64,000 nt of DNA from Planctomycetota bacterium (GTDB lineage Bacteria > Planctomycetota > PLA2), in NCBI GenBank assembly GCA_036443405.1, contig JAZFYD010000249.1:1553-65552 (forward strand), given 5' to 3'. The notes beneath the pieces were generated by a model. It ran no database searches and was not told the origin of the DNA. It saw only the letters and a list, made by a program, of their open reading frames with translations. How positions within the stretch are numbered: the first letter of the stretch is position 1; each line of letters opens with the position of its first letter. Below, in pieces: positions 1-8,144 of this stretch. A program made the translations under genes and the position numbers.

Positions 1-1443
1 CAGCGCGGCCACGCCCGTCCGGTCGATCGCCCGCCAACCCTCTTCGCGCGCGATGTACGCCAGCACGCCCGCGAACTCGCGGACCGAATCGGGCGTCCGC
101 GGCAGCACGCTGTCGAAATCCGCGAGGACCTTGAACAGATTGCTGAAGTCCGGGTCGTTCTCGTCGAGCATCGCATACGTGTACGCGTCACCGATGAGGA
201 TCAGCTTCACGCGGAACTCGATCGGGTCGGGTTTCAACGTCTGAGGCAACCAGGGCGCCATCATCTCCGTCGGCACGATGTCCAGGCGGCCCGTTCGCAG
301 CGTGCGCATCAGGACGCGCCACGCGCCGGGTTCGCGAAGCAATTCCGCGACATCCATGATCAGGTATCCGCCGTCGGCGCGCAGAAGCGAGCCGGCCGAG
401 ATCATCGTGTGGTCGCTGCGCCCGACGCCGCCCGGCCCAATCTCGCGCCCGACGGTGCCCAGCAGGTTTTGGATCGACGGTGCGTTTTCGGTAATGACCG
501 GGCACTCATCCGACGACCGGTGCCAGTGCACGACGTTGACCCGGTAGATTTCGGTGAAGTCGCCGGACTTTTCGTCGCGCTCGCCGATGTGGTTCTCCGC
601 GACGTCGTCGATGACCTCGCTCAGGAAGCGTTGGACCTCCTCGCCCGGATAATCCGCGAGGATCTCCCGCGCAAGCTCGCCGAGTTCCGCGCGCACGACC
701 TCCTCCACGACCGCGTGAATCGCCTGCGAAAGTTGCCGGCGAACCTTGCGAACGCGCTCGGTGATGTCCTCGAGCTTGCTCGCGAAGGAGTCACGCCGCT
801 TCTTGTATAGCGCGTGCTCGGCCTCCGTGACCTTTTCCTGCGCGAGGAGCGAATCGAACTCCTCGGGCGGAACCGGCTTGCCCTCCACGACGGGGAAGAT
901 CGCCGTTTGCGGCACGAGGCCGCCCTGGATGGAAACCAGCGCCATGTCCGCAGCGCGCAGCGAATCCTCGAACGGCTTGGTCAGCTTCTCCATCTCGCGG
1001 GTCGCCCAGCTCTCGAGCGCTTCGCGGCGCGCTCGCAGCGCGTCCGACTTGATCTCCTCGGGAAGAGCGTCGCGAATGAAATCCGCGAAGTCGTTGACCA
1101 TGCGCCGGAAGACGCGCGCCTGATCCGCTTTCAACTCGATCTTGCGGGGCCGGTCCGGTGCGGCGAAGTTGTGCACGTAGCAGAGGTCGCGCAGCTCCGG
1201 GCAGGCGGGCCGCAGCTCCTCGAGCAACCGGCGGACGAGCCGCATGCGGCCGGTGCCGGTCAGGCCGCGGATGTAGATGTTCTGGCCGGGGCCGACACTC
1301 TCGATGCCGAAACGCAGCGCCTCGACGGCGTGCTCCTGACCGACCACACCGTCGATCGGGTCCACGTCATCCGTGGTTTCGAATTCGAAAACGGCGGGAT
1401 CGCACGACCACCGCAACTCCTCGGGCGTAAGGGGGTTGACCAT
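1..1443 (-). CDS. Lon-like AAA+ ATP-dependent protease, N-terminal part (C-terminus lies beyond the window start)
   Basis: Absent from the ORF track because it runs off the window. Reverse complement from ATG at 1443-1441 reads MVNPLTPEELRWSCDPAVFEFETTDDVDPIDGVVGQEHAVEALRFGIESVGPGQNIYIRGLTGTGRMRLVRRLLEEL... and stays open in frame to position 1. P-loop-like GLTGTGR plus a long charged helical insertion fit the COG1067/LonB-like family. Confidence 0.7.
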   Translation of the reverse strand, partial: MVNPLTPEELRWSCDPAVFEFETTDDVDPIDGVVGQEHAVEALRFGIESVGPGQNIYIRGLTGTGRMRLVRRLLEELRPACPELRDLCYVHNFAAPDRPRKIELKADQARVFRRMVNDFADFIRDALPEEIKSDALRARREALESWATREMEKLTKPFEDSLRAADMALVSIQGGLVPQTAIFPVVEGKPVPPEEFDSLLAQEKVTEAEHALYKKRRDSFASKLEDITERVRKVRRQLSQAIHAVVEEVVRAELGELAREILADYPGEEVQRFLSEVIDDVAENHIGERDEKSGDFTEIYRVNVVHWHRSSDECPVITENAPSIQNLLGTVGREIGPGGVGRSDHTMISAGSLLRADGGYLIMDVAELLREPGAWRVLMRTLRTGRLDIVPTEMMAPWLPQTLKPDPIEFRVKLILIGDAYTYAMLDENDPDFSNLFKVLADFDSVLPRTPDSVREFAGVLAYIAREEGWRAIDRTGVAAL

Positions 1444-1829
1444 CGCGGTCGGATTCTACCGCCGCGCGACCGAGCGAGGCGAGCCCCTAGCCCGGGTTAT
1501 TCATGAGGCGGGCGCGTTGCTCAAGCACCGCTTGACGAAACAGCCCCTACACGGGATCTCCTTCTGGGCCGTCCAGAACGCTCGTCTCGTGAATAATTCG
1601 GGCTCGTGCGGTTGCGCGGAATTCGTTGCGATCAGTGTGTGCGCTTGCTGCGCCGGTTCGCCACGAACCACCGGATCCAGGCGCGCGGGTCATCGCCGAG
1701 CCGTTTGCCTGTGACGCTGCGCAGCGTCTTCATGACGAATCGGGATTCCCGGGTTACATGCTTGTTTTGGATGTGCAGGACCGTACCGGTCTGCAGGACG
1801 CCGATCACCGGATCGGCGACAAAGGCGAA

Positions 1830-2471
1830 TCAAGCGATTTCGACATCGAAGTCTTGAACATACGCGGTCTGCCGGTTCTGCGAGATGTACTGCCCGCCGT
1901 CCGCGCTGTTGCTGTGTAGCTTCGCGAGGTGGTGCATGAGCGGGGCAACGGCGTGCCGGCCCGCATCCTTCGCCAGGTCCCGCACCGCGTGTGTGCGCAT
2001 GTCGGCGTTGGGGTTGCGAAGGAGGAGCGTCAACGCGCGCCGGCGCTCGGCCCGTTCCAGCGCGAGAACCAAGAAGCGGCCGCGCATTCGTTCGGCGGCT
2101 TCTTCGTGCAGCGTGCGGCGCAACGCCTCCTTGGCGCGGGCGCGTTCGGAAGGTTGCCGCACCCAGCGCGACGGGTTGCTGGCCCAACGCCTGACGGCGT
2201 TGGAGCGATGGTCCGGTTGCCCCTGTGACGCGCGGGTACGGCGGTAACCGAGTGCGCGCCGTGCCGCGCGGTGTTCCGGTTGGCGATCCAGCACCACGCG
2301 AAAGTGGTAGGCCGCGCGCTCGGGTTGTTCGCTCATTTTCGAACGCAGCCCAAGCCGGAAGTGTTCGTTCGTTTTCGGTGTTTCGGCGCCTGCGTCATCC
2401 GCGCGCGCCGCGATGTCGAGAGCGGCGAGCGCAAGAAGCAAAAGCGCGGGTGTCGTGATTCGTGTGCCCAT
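1830..2471 (-). CDS. Secreted HEAT-like repeat protein; its stop is an in-frame TGA followed by a 65-codon open extension to 1632
   Basis: ORF track 1830..2513. Signal-peptide-like MGTRITTPALLLLALAALDIAARA starts at ATG 2471 (start 2513 would sit 23 nt from the tRNA). Helical repeats such as RNPNADMRTHAVRDLAKDAGRHAVAPLMHHL. See the finding on the TGA at 1830-1832. Confidence 0.5.
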   Translation of the reverse strand: MGTRITTPALLLLALAALDIAARADDAGAETPKTNEHFRLGLRSKMSEQPERAAYHFRVVLDRQPEHRAARRALGYRRTRASQGQPDHRSNAVRRWASNPSRWVRQPSERARAKEALRRTLHEEAAERMRGRFLVLALERAERRRALTLLLRNPNADMRTHAVRDLAKDAGRHAVAPLMHHLAKLHSNSADGGQYISQNRQTAYVQDFDVEIA

Positions 2472-2535
2472 GCAGATGAAAACGCACCGCGAGACGCGCT
2501 TGCCCACAAACATCCAAATCCATCAAGGGGAAACC

Positions 2536-2609
2536 TAGGGCCGGCAGGACTCGAACCTGCAACCAACGAATTATGAGTTCGCTGCTCTAACCGATTGAGC
2601 TACGGCCCC
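2536..2609 (-). tRNA. tRNA-Met (anticodon CAT); could alternatively be lysidine-modified tRNA-Ile2
   Basis: Minus-strand read GGGGCCG-TA-GCTC-AATCGGTTA-GAGC-A-GCGAA-CTCATAA-TTCGT-TGGTT-GCAGG-TTCGAGT-CCTGC-CGGCCCT-A folds as a 74-nt cloverleaf with a GTTCGAGTC T-loop. Anticodon loop is CTCATAA. Position 1-72 is paired (G-U), so it is not an initiator. No CCA is encoded. Confidence 0.9.
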
Positions 2610-2992
2610 GAAGCGGCGACAGTCTACCGCTTGTGTTTGGTGTCGAGGGAGTTAGGGCGTCTACGGCGACCGCCTGCGCGAAGAACCAGCGGTGACTCTC
2701 CGGGTCCTCCGCGCGCACCCTTAGTTCGCCCAGACGCCGCCGAGGATCGTGCCCACGATGGACAAAAGCAGCGCGAACAGCACCACGCCGTACGTCATCC
2801 TGGCGATGTCGCGGTAAAGCGCCTTGTCGCCGCTGCGCCACCCGAGCGCGCGCGAGGACCAAGTGTCGTGCCCTCATGCGCGCCCATTCCATCGGAAAAC
2901 ATGCGTATTCGCCGGGATTATTGCGGAGCCGGCGAGCGCCGTTCGGTAATCTGAGCCGCGGCCTGATGCAACACAAGCCAGGAGAGTGACGT

Positions 2993-3505
2993 ATGCGAAG
3001 TTTCCTGTTGGGTTTCGTTTTGTTCGGGGTGTTGCTCCTCATCGCCCTGTCCGTCCAAGGCGGTCCGGCGGAGGAGGGAGACCCGACCGCGGGCGCCACC
3101 TACACCGGCGCCAGGAGCTGCACGAAGTGCCACTTGAAACAGTCGCGCAGTTGGAAAAAGACGAAGCACTCCAAGGCGTGGGTGGGGCTTCCCGAGAAGT
3201 ACCACGATCCCGCGCAGAAGGACGACAAGGGGCGGGCTTGCATCTCCTGCCACACGACCGGCTACGGCGACGATCGCGGGGGCTTCCAAGACGCCAAAGC
3301 TTCCAAGCACCTCCTCGGAGTTGGCTGCGAGTCCTGCCATGGACCGGGGAGCAAGCACATCGAGGCGGGCAAGAAGCTCGTGGCGGAAAAGCGCAAGAAG
3401 TTCAACGAGGGCGAGCCGAGCTACACGATCCTGCACCCGAAGACCTGCTCGACGTGCCACAACCCGCACATCAGCTACAAGGCGAAATACGGGGAAGAGA
3501 AGTAG
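2993..3505 (+). CDS. Periplasmic tetraheme c-type cytochrome (c554/NrfB-like small multiheme)
   Basis: AGGAG Shine-Dalgarno 6-7 nt upstream of ATG 2993. N-terminal signal peptide. Four CXXCH motifs (CTKCH, CISCH, CESCH, CSTCH) in 170 aa. Confidence 0.85.
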   Translation: MRSFLLGFVLFGVLLLIALSVQGGPAEEGDPTAGATYTGARSCTKCHLKQSRSWKKTKHSKAWVGLPEKYHDPAQKDDKGRACISCHTTGYGDDRGGFQDAKASKHLLGVGCESCHGPGSKHIEAGKKLVAEKRKKFNEGEPSYTILHPKTCSTCHNPHISYKAKYGEEK

Positions 3506-3508
3506 CTC

Positions 3509-5509
3509 GTGCCCGCTGCCGGGTGGTATCGGAGCCTTGTCGTCGTACTTCTTGTGTGCGCTGCAGCGCTGGGCAACGACGCCTGTCTGCGGTGCCACGC
3601 CGACGCGGCGGAACTCGCCAAGCATCAGACGAAGAAAGGCCGTCCGGTCGAACCGCTGCTCGTGGACGGCGCGAAGTTCGCGCGTTCCGTGCATGCGAGC
3701 ATCGACTGCGCGGACTGTCACGACGGCTACGACCGACATCCGCACCTGCGTGAGGCGGAGACCGTCGGCTGCGCGGAGTGCCATGAGGAGGCCGCCGACG
3801 TCTTCGCGAATTCCGTTCACGGCAAGGCCGGGAACGGCCGGGGCGACCTGCCGGTCAAATGCAGCTCCTGCCATGGCGCGCACGATGTCATGAAACCCGG
3901 CGACCGGGAGTCGCGGCTGCACCCGCTCAATGCAATCCGAACGTGCAGCCGCTGTCACGGGGACGCGAAAGACCAGATCTCGGACCGTGAACTTCTGGCC
4001 CTCCCTTACACGGACGACATTCACGCGCGCGGAATCGTGAAGCGCGGACTCGCCGTCAGCGCGAGCTGCGTTTCCTGCCACGGAGGCCACGCGATCCGCG
4101 CCCAGGGCGACCCGGATTCGCAGGTCTCCCGGCTCAACGTCCAGAACACCTGCGGCAAATGCCACGTCGGCATCCAGGAGCGGTACGCGGGCAGCGTGCA
4201 CTTCGACAAACTGCAGGAGGAAGGGCACACGGGGCCCTCCTGTAGCGACTGCCATCCGCCCCACGGCCTCAGGCGGGCGCGAAAGAACTTCAGCGTCGCC
4301 CCGGTGGCAACGTGCGGTCGGTGCCATGCGGAGCGATTGGGCACGTTCGAGCAGACCTACCACGGCAAGGTCTCCACGCTCGGCTTCGGCGAGAAGGTCG
4401 CAAACTGCGCCAGCTGCCACGGGACCCACGAAATCCGTGCGGCCGCGGATCCGAGTTCACGCGTTCACCCCGGCAACCTCGTGCAGACCTGCGGCGAGTG
4501 CCACGAGAACGCCCACTCCAGTTTCGTGCAGTATGACGTGCACGCGGACCCGACGGACGCGGAGAACTATCCAGCGTTGCACCTGATCGAGTCCGCCATG
4601 GTCTGGCTCCTGATCGGGACCTTCGGCTTCTTCGGCATCCACACACTGCTCTGGTTCGTGCGCTCCCTCGCCGCAGGCGAGCGGCCCTTGCGTAACACCA
4701 AGATCGGCTACGTACGCCGCTGGTCCAAGCTGTACGTGACGCTGCACGCGTTTTTCATGTCGGCGTTCCTACTGCTTGCGCTTACGGGACTGCCACTCCA
4801 CTTCTCCGACCGCGCGTGGGCAACGAGCATCATGGAGTTTTTCGGCGGGATCGTCGTGGCCGGCACGATCCACCGGCTCGCGGCGTTCACTCTGTTCGTC
4901 TGCTCGATCGTCTACCTGATCTACATCGTCAAGCTGATCCTGGCCAGCGGGTTGAAGGAGCTCCTGACCGGGCCGAGCACGATGCTGCCCCGCTGGAAGG
5001 ACTTCCAGGACTTCTTCCAGAACCTGGGTTGGTTCCTGTTCTTGCGCCCCAAACCGCGTTTCGACAGGTGGACCTACTGGGAGAAGTTCCACTTCTGGGC
5101 AATCGTGTGGGGGATGATGGTCATCGGCGCCTCCGGCATTCTGCTCTGGTTCCCGGAGACCATGACGCGGATCGTGCCCGGCTGGATGCTCAATTTCGCG
5201 GTCGTCGTCCACGGCCACGAGGCGCTCATCGCGGTCGGGTTCAGCTTTACGGTCCACATGTATCAGTCGAACCTGCGCCCCGAGCGCTTCCCGCTCGAAA
5301 CCTACGTCTTCACGGGGAGCATCACGGAAGAGACTTTCAAGGCGGAGCGACCGCTCGAATACGAGAGGCTGGTCAGCTCCGGAGCGTACGAAGAGCGGAA
5401 GGAAGAGCCGCCGGATCGCCGCACGATCTGGCGGGCTCGGCTCCTGGGGGCTCTGGTGATGATCGTGGGCATCGCGCTCACGCTCCTCATTCTGTTCATT
5501 AGGGAGTAG
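3509..5509 (+). CDS. Fusion of an 11-heme c-type cytochrome domain to a multi-TM b-type cytochrome-like membrane domain (CbcL-like quinol oxidoreductase candidate)
   Basis: GTG start 3 nt after the upstream stop. Signal/anchor helix. 11 CXXCH motifs (CLRCH, CADCH, CAECH, CSSCH, CSRCH, CVSCH, CGKCH, CSDCH, CGRCH, CASCH, CGECH). C-terminal ~300 aa has 5-6 hydrophobic helices carrying His (IHTLLW, TLHAFF, TIHRLAAF, FHFWAIVWG, VVHGHEAL, TVHMY), as in FdnI/HydC-type diheme cytochromes b. Confidence 0.75.
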   Translation: MPAAGWYRSLVVVLLVCAAALGNDACLRCHADAAELAKHQTKKGRPVEPLLVDGAKFARSVHASIDCADCHDGYDRHPHLREAETVGCAECHEEAADVFANSVHGKAGNGRGDLPVKCSSCHGAHDVMKPGDRESRLHPLNAIRTCSRCHGDAKDQISDRELLALPYTDDIHARGIVKRGLAVSASCVSCHGGHAIRAQGDPDSQVSRLNVQNTCGKCHVGIQERYAGSVHFDKLQEEGHTGPSCSDCHPPHGLRRARKNFSVAPVATCGRCHAERLGTFEQTYHGKVSTLGFGEKVANCASCHGTHEIRAAADPSSRVHPGNLVQTCGECHENAHSSFVQYDVHADPTDAENYPALHLIESAMVWLLIGTFGFFGIHTLLWFVRSLAAGERPLRNTKIGYVRRWSKLYVTLHAFFMSAFLLLALTGLPLHFSDRAWATSIMEFFGGIVVAGTIHRLAAFTLFVCSIVYLIYIVKLILASGLKELLTGPSTMLPRWKDFQDFFQNLGWFLFLRPKPRFDRWTYWEKFHFWAIVWGMMVIGASGILLWFPETMTRIVPGWMLNFAVVVHGHEALIAVGFSFTVHMYQSNLRPERFPLETYVFTGSITEETFKAERPLEYERLVSSGAYEERKEEPPDRRTIWRARLLGALVMIVGIALTLLILFIRE

Positions 5510-5511
5510 GA

Positions 5512-6993
5512 ATGGCGCGCGTGCTGGCGTTCGTTCTCCTCGCTCTAGGCGGAAGTTGTTCTACGGCGTGGGCCCAGGACGACGCCCCGCAGGAGGAACC
5601 CGTGGACACCGAGACGCCGGCGACGGACGCCGCCGAGGTGGACACCGTCGAGGGCGTCTCCACCGAGGAAGAGCTGGCAGCGATGGAAACCGGGCGGGAG
5701 AAGGCACTCGAGTGGGAAGTCGAGGGCTACCTCAACAATCGCTGGCGGTACCAAAACGCGGACGGGGAGAACAAATTCATCTGGTTCTTGGATCTAGCAG
5801 CCGACTTCGTCCACAAGGGCGGCGACCTCCCTGGTCGCGTCCGTGTGAACGGGCGGCTCGTCGCGCAATCGGGATCCGACGTTGGCGATCTTCTGTACAA
5901 CACGTGGGACACGTTCAGCGGCGCGGTGAACGGCCGCCTTTACGAGCTGTACGTGCAAACCGAGTCCAAGGGCAACGTGAACGGGAGGCTCGGACGCATG
6001 TTCTACGAGGAAGGCACCTGGATGCACTTCGACGGCGGACGCCTTGACCTCGATCTGAAGGATACGTCGCCCGGACTGCAGGCCTACCTCGTCGGCGGCG
6101 TACCCGTCCGGTTTGGGGACAACAACAACCGCAACGGGAACTGGCTCGTCGGCGGCGTCTTCAAGGGCCAGATCGAGACCCCGCGGACGCGCTGGCGGCT
6201 CGAATATCTGCACATCTCCGAGGAGTTCGAGGGCATCAACGACCCCGTCGTCGATCCCGTCTCGCAGCCGGTCTCGCTGCCGGCGGAGCAGTTCGACGAC
6301 GACTGGATGGGAGCGACTATCTGGCACCGGACCGAAGACAAGCGGCTGAGCCTGTTCGGACGGCTCTCGACGCTCAACTGGCAGTTGAACGAACTCCACC
6401 TGCGCGGTCGCTGGCGCACCGACGACGGCAAGTGGACCGTGCTAGGGGAGTGGTATCAGATGTTCGAACGGCTCATTGACGTCGTGAACGACCTCACGCC
6501 GTATGTGCCGATGCTCGGCTCCTACGAGCCCTTCGGACGCCTCACCGGCCGCGTCACCTACCGTGATCCGAAGTGGATCGCCCAAGCGGGCCTCTCCTAC
6601 CGGACGCTGCTCGACGACGGCATCGAGAGCCTCTTCAACCACGAGTACGTCAACTACTACTTCACCTTCACGCGCCTCGATCTGGAGCAAGGCAAGCTCG
6701 ACGCGACGTTCACGGCGACCGGCTACAGCACCGATCAGAACGAGACCCACGCCGTCGGCGGCAGCCTGGACTACCGGCTGCAAGTGGACTTGACGCTCAG
6801 CACGGGACTGGACTACTCCCTCTGGAAGTACGACTATTTCCGCGACACGGAGCACGAGGACGTCTGGTCCTTCTGGTTCCGTACACAGTGGAAGTTCAAG
6901 CAGAACACGACCGTGGAGGGCTTCGTTGAGATCGACGACGATCGGTTCGCGACCTATACTACTCTCGGCTTGCGGGTGACTTTGAGGTTCTGA
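5512..6993 (+). CDS. Predicted outer-membrane beta-barrel protein (porin component of the cytochrome operon)
   Basis: GGGAG Shine-Dalgarno upstream. Signal peptide MARVLAFVLLALGGSCSTAWA. Acidic D/E/T-rich linker. Alternating aromatic/hydrophilic pattern throughout. Ends ...TLGLRVTLRF with a terminal Phe, typical of OM barrels. Flanked by multiheme cytochrome genes. Confidence 0.6.
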   Translation: MARVLAFVLLALGGSCSTAWAQDDAPQEEPVDTETPATDAAEVDTVEGVSTEEELAAMETGREKALEWEVEGYLNNRWRYQNADGENKFIWFLDLAADFVHKGGDLPGRVRVNGRLVAQSGSDVGDLLYNTWDTFSGAVNGRLYELYVQTESKGNVNGRLGRMFYEEGTWMHFDGGRLDLDLKDTSPGLQAYLVGGVPVRFGDNNNRNGNWLVGGVFKGQIETPRTRWRLEYLHISEEFEGINDPVVDPVSQPVSLPAEQFDDDWMGATIWHRTEDKRLSLFGRLSTLNWQLNELHLRGRWRTDDGKWTVLGEWYQMFERLIDVVNDLTPYVPMLGSYEPFGRLTGRVTYRDPKWIAQAGLSYRTLLDDGIESLFNHEYVNYYFTFTRLDLEQGKLDATFTATGYSTDQNETHAVGGSLDYRLQVDLTLSTGLDYSLWKYDYFRDTEHEDVWSFWFRTQWKFKQNTTVEGFVEIDDDRFATYTTLGLRVTLRF

Positions 6994-8144
6994 TGGAGCG
7001 GCTCCGCGTACTCCTCGCTCTTCTACTCGCGGTCGCCGCGTGCAACCGCCAGGCGAACCGCCCCGCGGCGGAGCCCGAGCCTCCGCGGCCGACGGTGAAT
7101 CACGCACTGCATCTCTCCCGGGACCTGGTCTGCGCCGACTGCCACGACCCCGACGAGACCGGCACGCCGGTCATACCCGCGGCGGAGACCTGCTTCGAGT
7201 GCCATGAGGAGGATCTGACGGCCGAGAGCGAGGCCGTCCGCGCCTACTTCGACGCGGCGAAACAAGGCGACGGCGGCTACCGCTTCACGCGGCCGGCCTA
7301 CTGGTACGACATCGTCGTGAACCACAAGTCCCACGGGAAGTCCGACGTCTCGTGCGCCGACTGCCACGGCGAACCGCTCGAGACGGCGTTCCCCCGCCCC
7401 GCGCCGCTGCCGCTGATGAACACCTGCATGGGCTGCCATACGCAGCGCGGCGCGAGCAACGCGTGCGCAACTTGCCATACCGAGACGAACCAGTCCAAGC
7501 GCCCGCCGAGCCACGACCGCGCGTTCAAGAACAACCACGGACATGCCGCGCCGCGGCTCTGGCGCAACGGCCGCGGAGAGAGCTGTGCGATCTGTCACGA
7601 GGTTCCGCAGAACTGCAACTCCTGCCACAAGGCGGTGCAGCCGAAGTCGCACCGGACCCGCGCCTTCAAGAACACCCACGGTACGGACCTCGACTCGTGG
7701 GATTCGCCCTGGGACCAGGTCTCCTGCTCGTTGTGCCACGAGCGGCAGAGCTGCGTGCGCTGCCACCAGGTCGCGAAGCCGAAGTCGCACACGCGGCCCT
7801 TCGAGCGGCGGTTGCACGGCATCGCGGCGGAGATCGAGCGCGCGAGCTGCATGGTCTGCCACAAGCAGGACTCCTGCGTGCGCTGCCACCAGCAGCAAGA
7901 GCCGATCAGCCATCGCGGCCAGTGGGGCACCGGCCAGCAGTCGCACTGCATGGCGTGTCACGAGCCGCTGACCGCCACGGGTTGCTTTACCTGTCACAAG
8001 CAGACCCTCGGCCATCTTCAGGCGACGCCGCTGCCCGCAGACCAGGTTCACAACACGTCCACGGATCCGAGCGGTTGCGAGCAATGTCATCTCGTCGTGC
8101 CCCATTTTGACAGCGGCGGACGGTGCCGGAGCTGCCACCGATGA
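6993..8144 (+). CDS. 15-heme c-type cytochrome with a lipoprotein-like signal
   Basis: ATG overlaps the upstream TGA by 1 nt. Signal LLALLLAVAAC. 15 CXXCH motifs in 383 aa. Repeated unit CxxCH-x3-4-CxxCH-x5-P-x-SH-x3-F-x-N-x-HG, resembling cytochrome c3/c7-type multiheme arrays. Confidence 0.85.
   Translation: MERLRVLLALLLAVAACNRQANRPAAEPEPPRPTVNHALHLSRDLVCADCHDPDETGTPVIPAAETCFECHEEDLTAESEAVRAYFDAAKQGDGGYRFTRPAYWYDIVVNHKSHGKSDVSCADCHGEPLETAFPRPAPLPLMNTCMGCHTQRGASNACATCHTETNQSKRPPSHDRAFKNNHGHAAPRLWRNGRGESCAICHEVPQNCNSCHKAVQPKSHRTRAFKNTHGTDLDSWDSPWDQVSCSLCHERQSCVRCHQVAKPKSHTRPFERRLHGIAAEIERASCMVCHKQDSCVRCHQQQEPISHRGQWGTGQQSHCMACHEPLTATGCFTCHKQTLGHLQATPLPADQVHNTSTDPSGCEQCHLVVPHFDSGGRCRSCHR

Noticed and set aside
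1830-1832. Genome-wide reassignment of UGA as a sense codon as the explanation for the in-frame TGA
   Set aside because: Many well-supported genes in this window terminate at TGA exactly where homologous families end, including the tetraheme cytochrome, the porin, MlaF, the RND pump and aat. Known UGA-recoded lineages are low-GC.
2721-2798. Tiny minus-strand ORF encoding MTYGVVLFALLLSIVGTILGGVWAN (25 aa, one TM helix) between the tRNA and the cytochrome operon
   Set aside because: The hydrophobic peptide is plausible-looking, but I saw no Shine-Dalgarno motif or conservation evidence. It is too short to separate from chance in GC-rich DNA. Worth a ribosome-profiling look only.
2918-4429. 503-aa minus-strand ORF, plus similar long antisense ORFs at 7023-8138, 7987-8793, 9602-10387, 9798-11093 and 11154-11732, all across the cytochrome operon
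   Set aside because: They are Arg/Ala/Gly/Pro-rich with no motifs or signal peptides. They lie fully antisense to genes with dense CXXCH motifs, Shine-Dalgarno sites and signal peptides. These are typical high-GC shadow ORFs.
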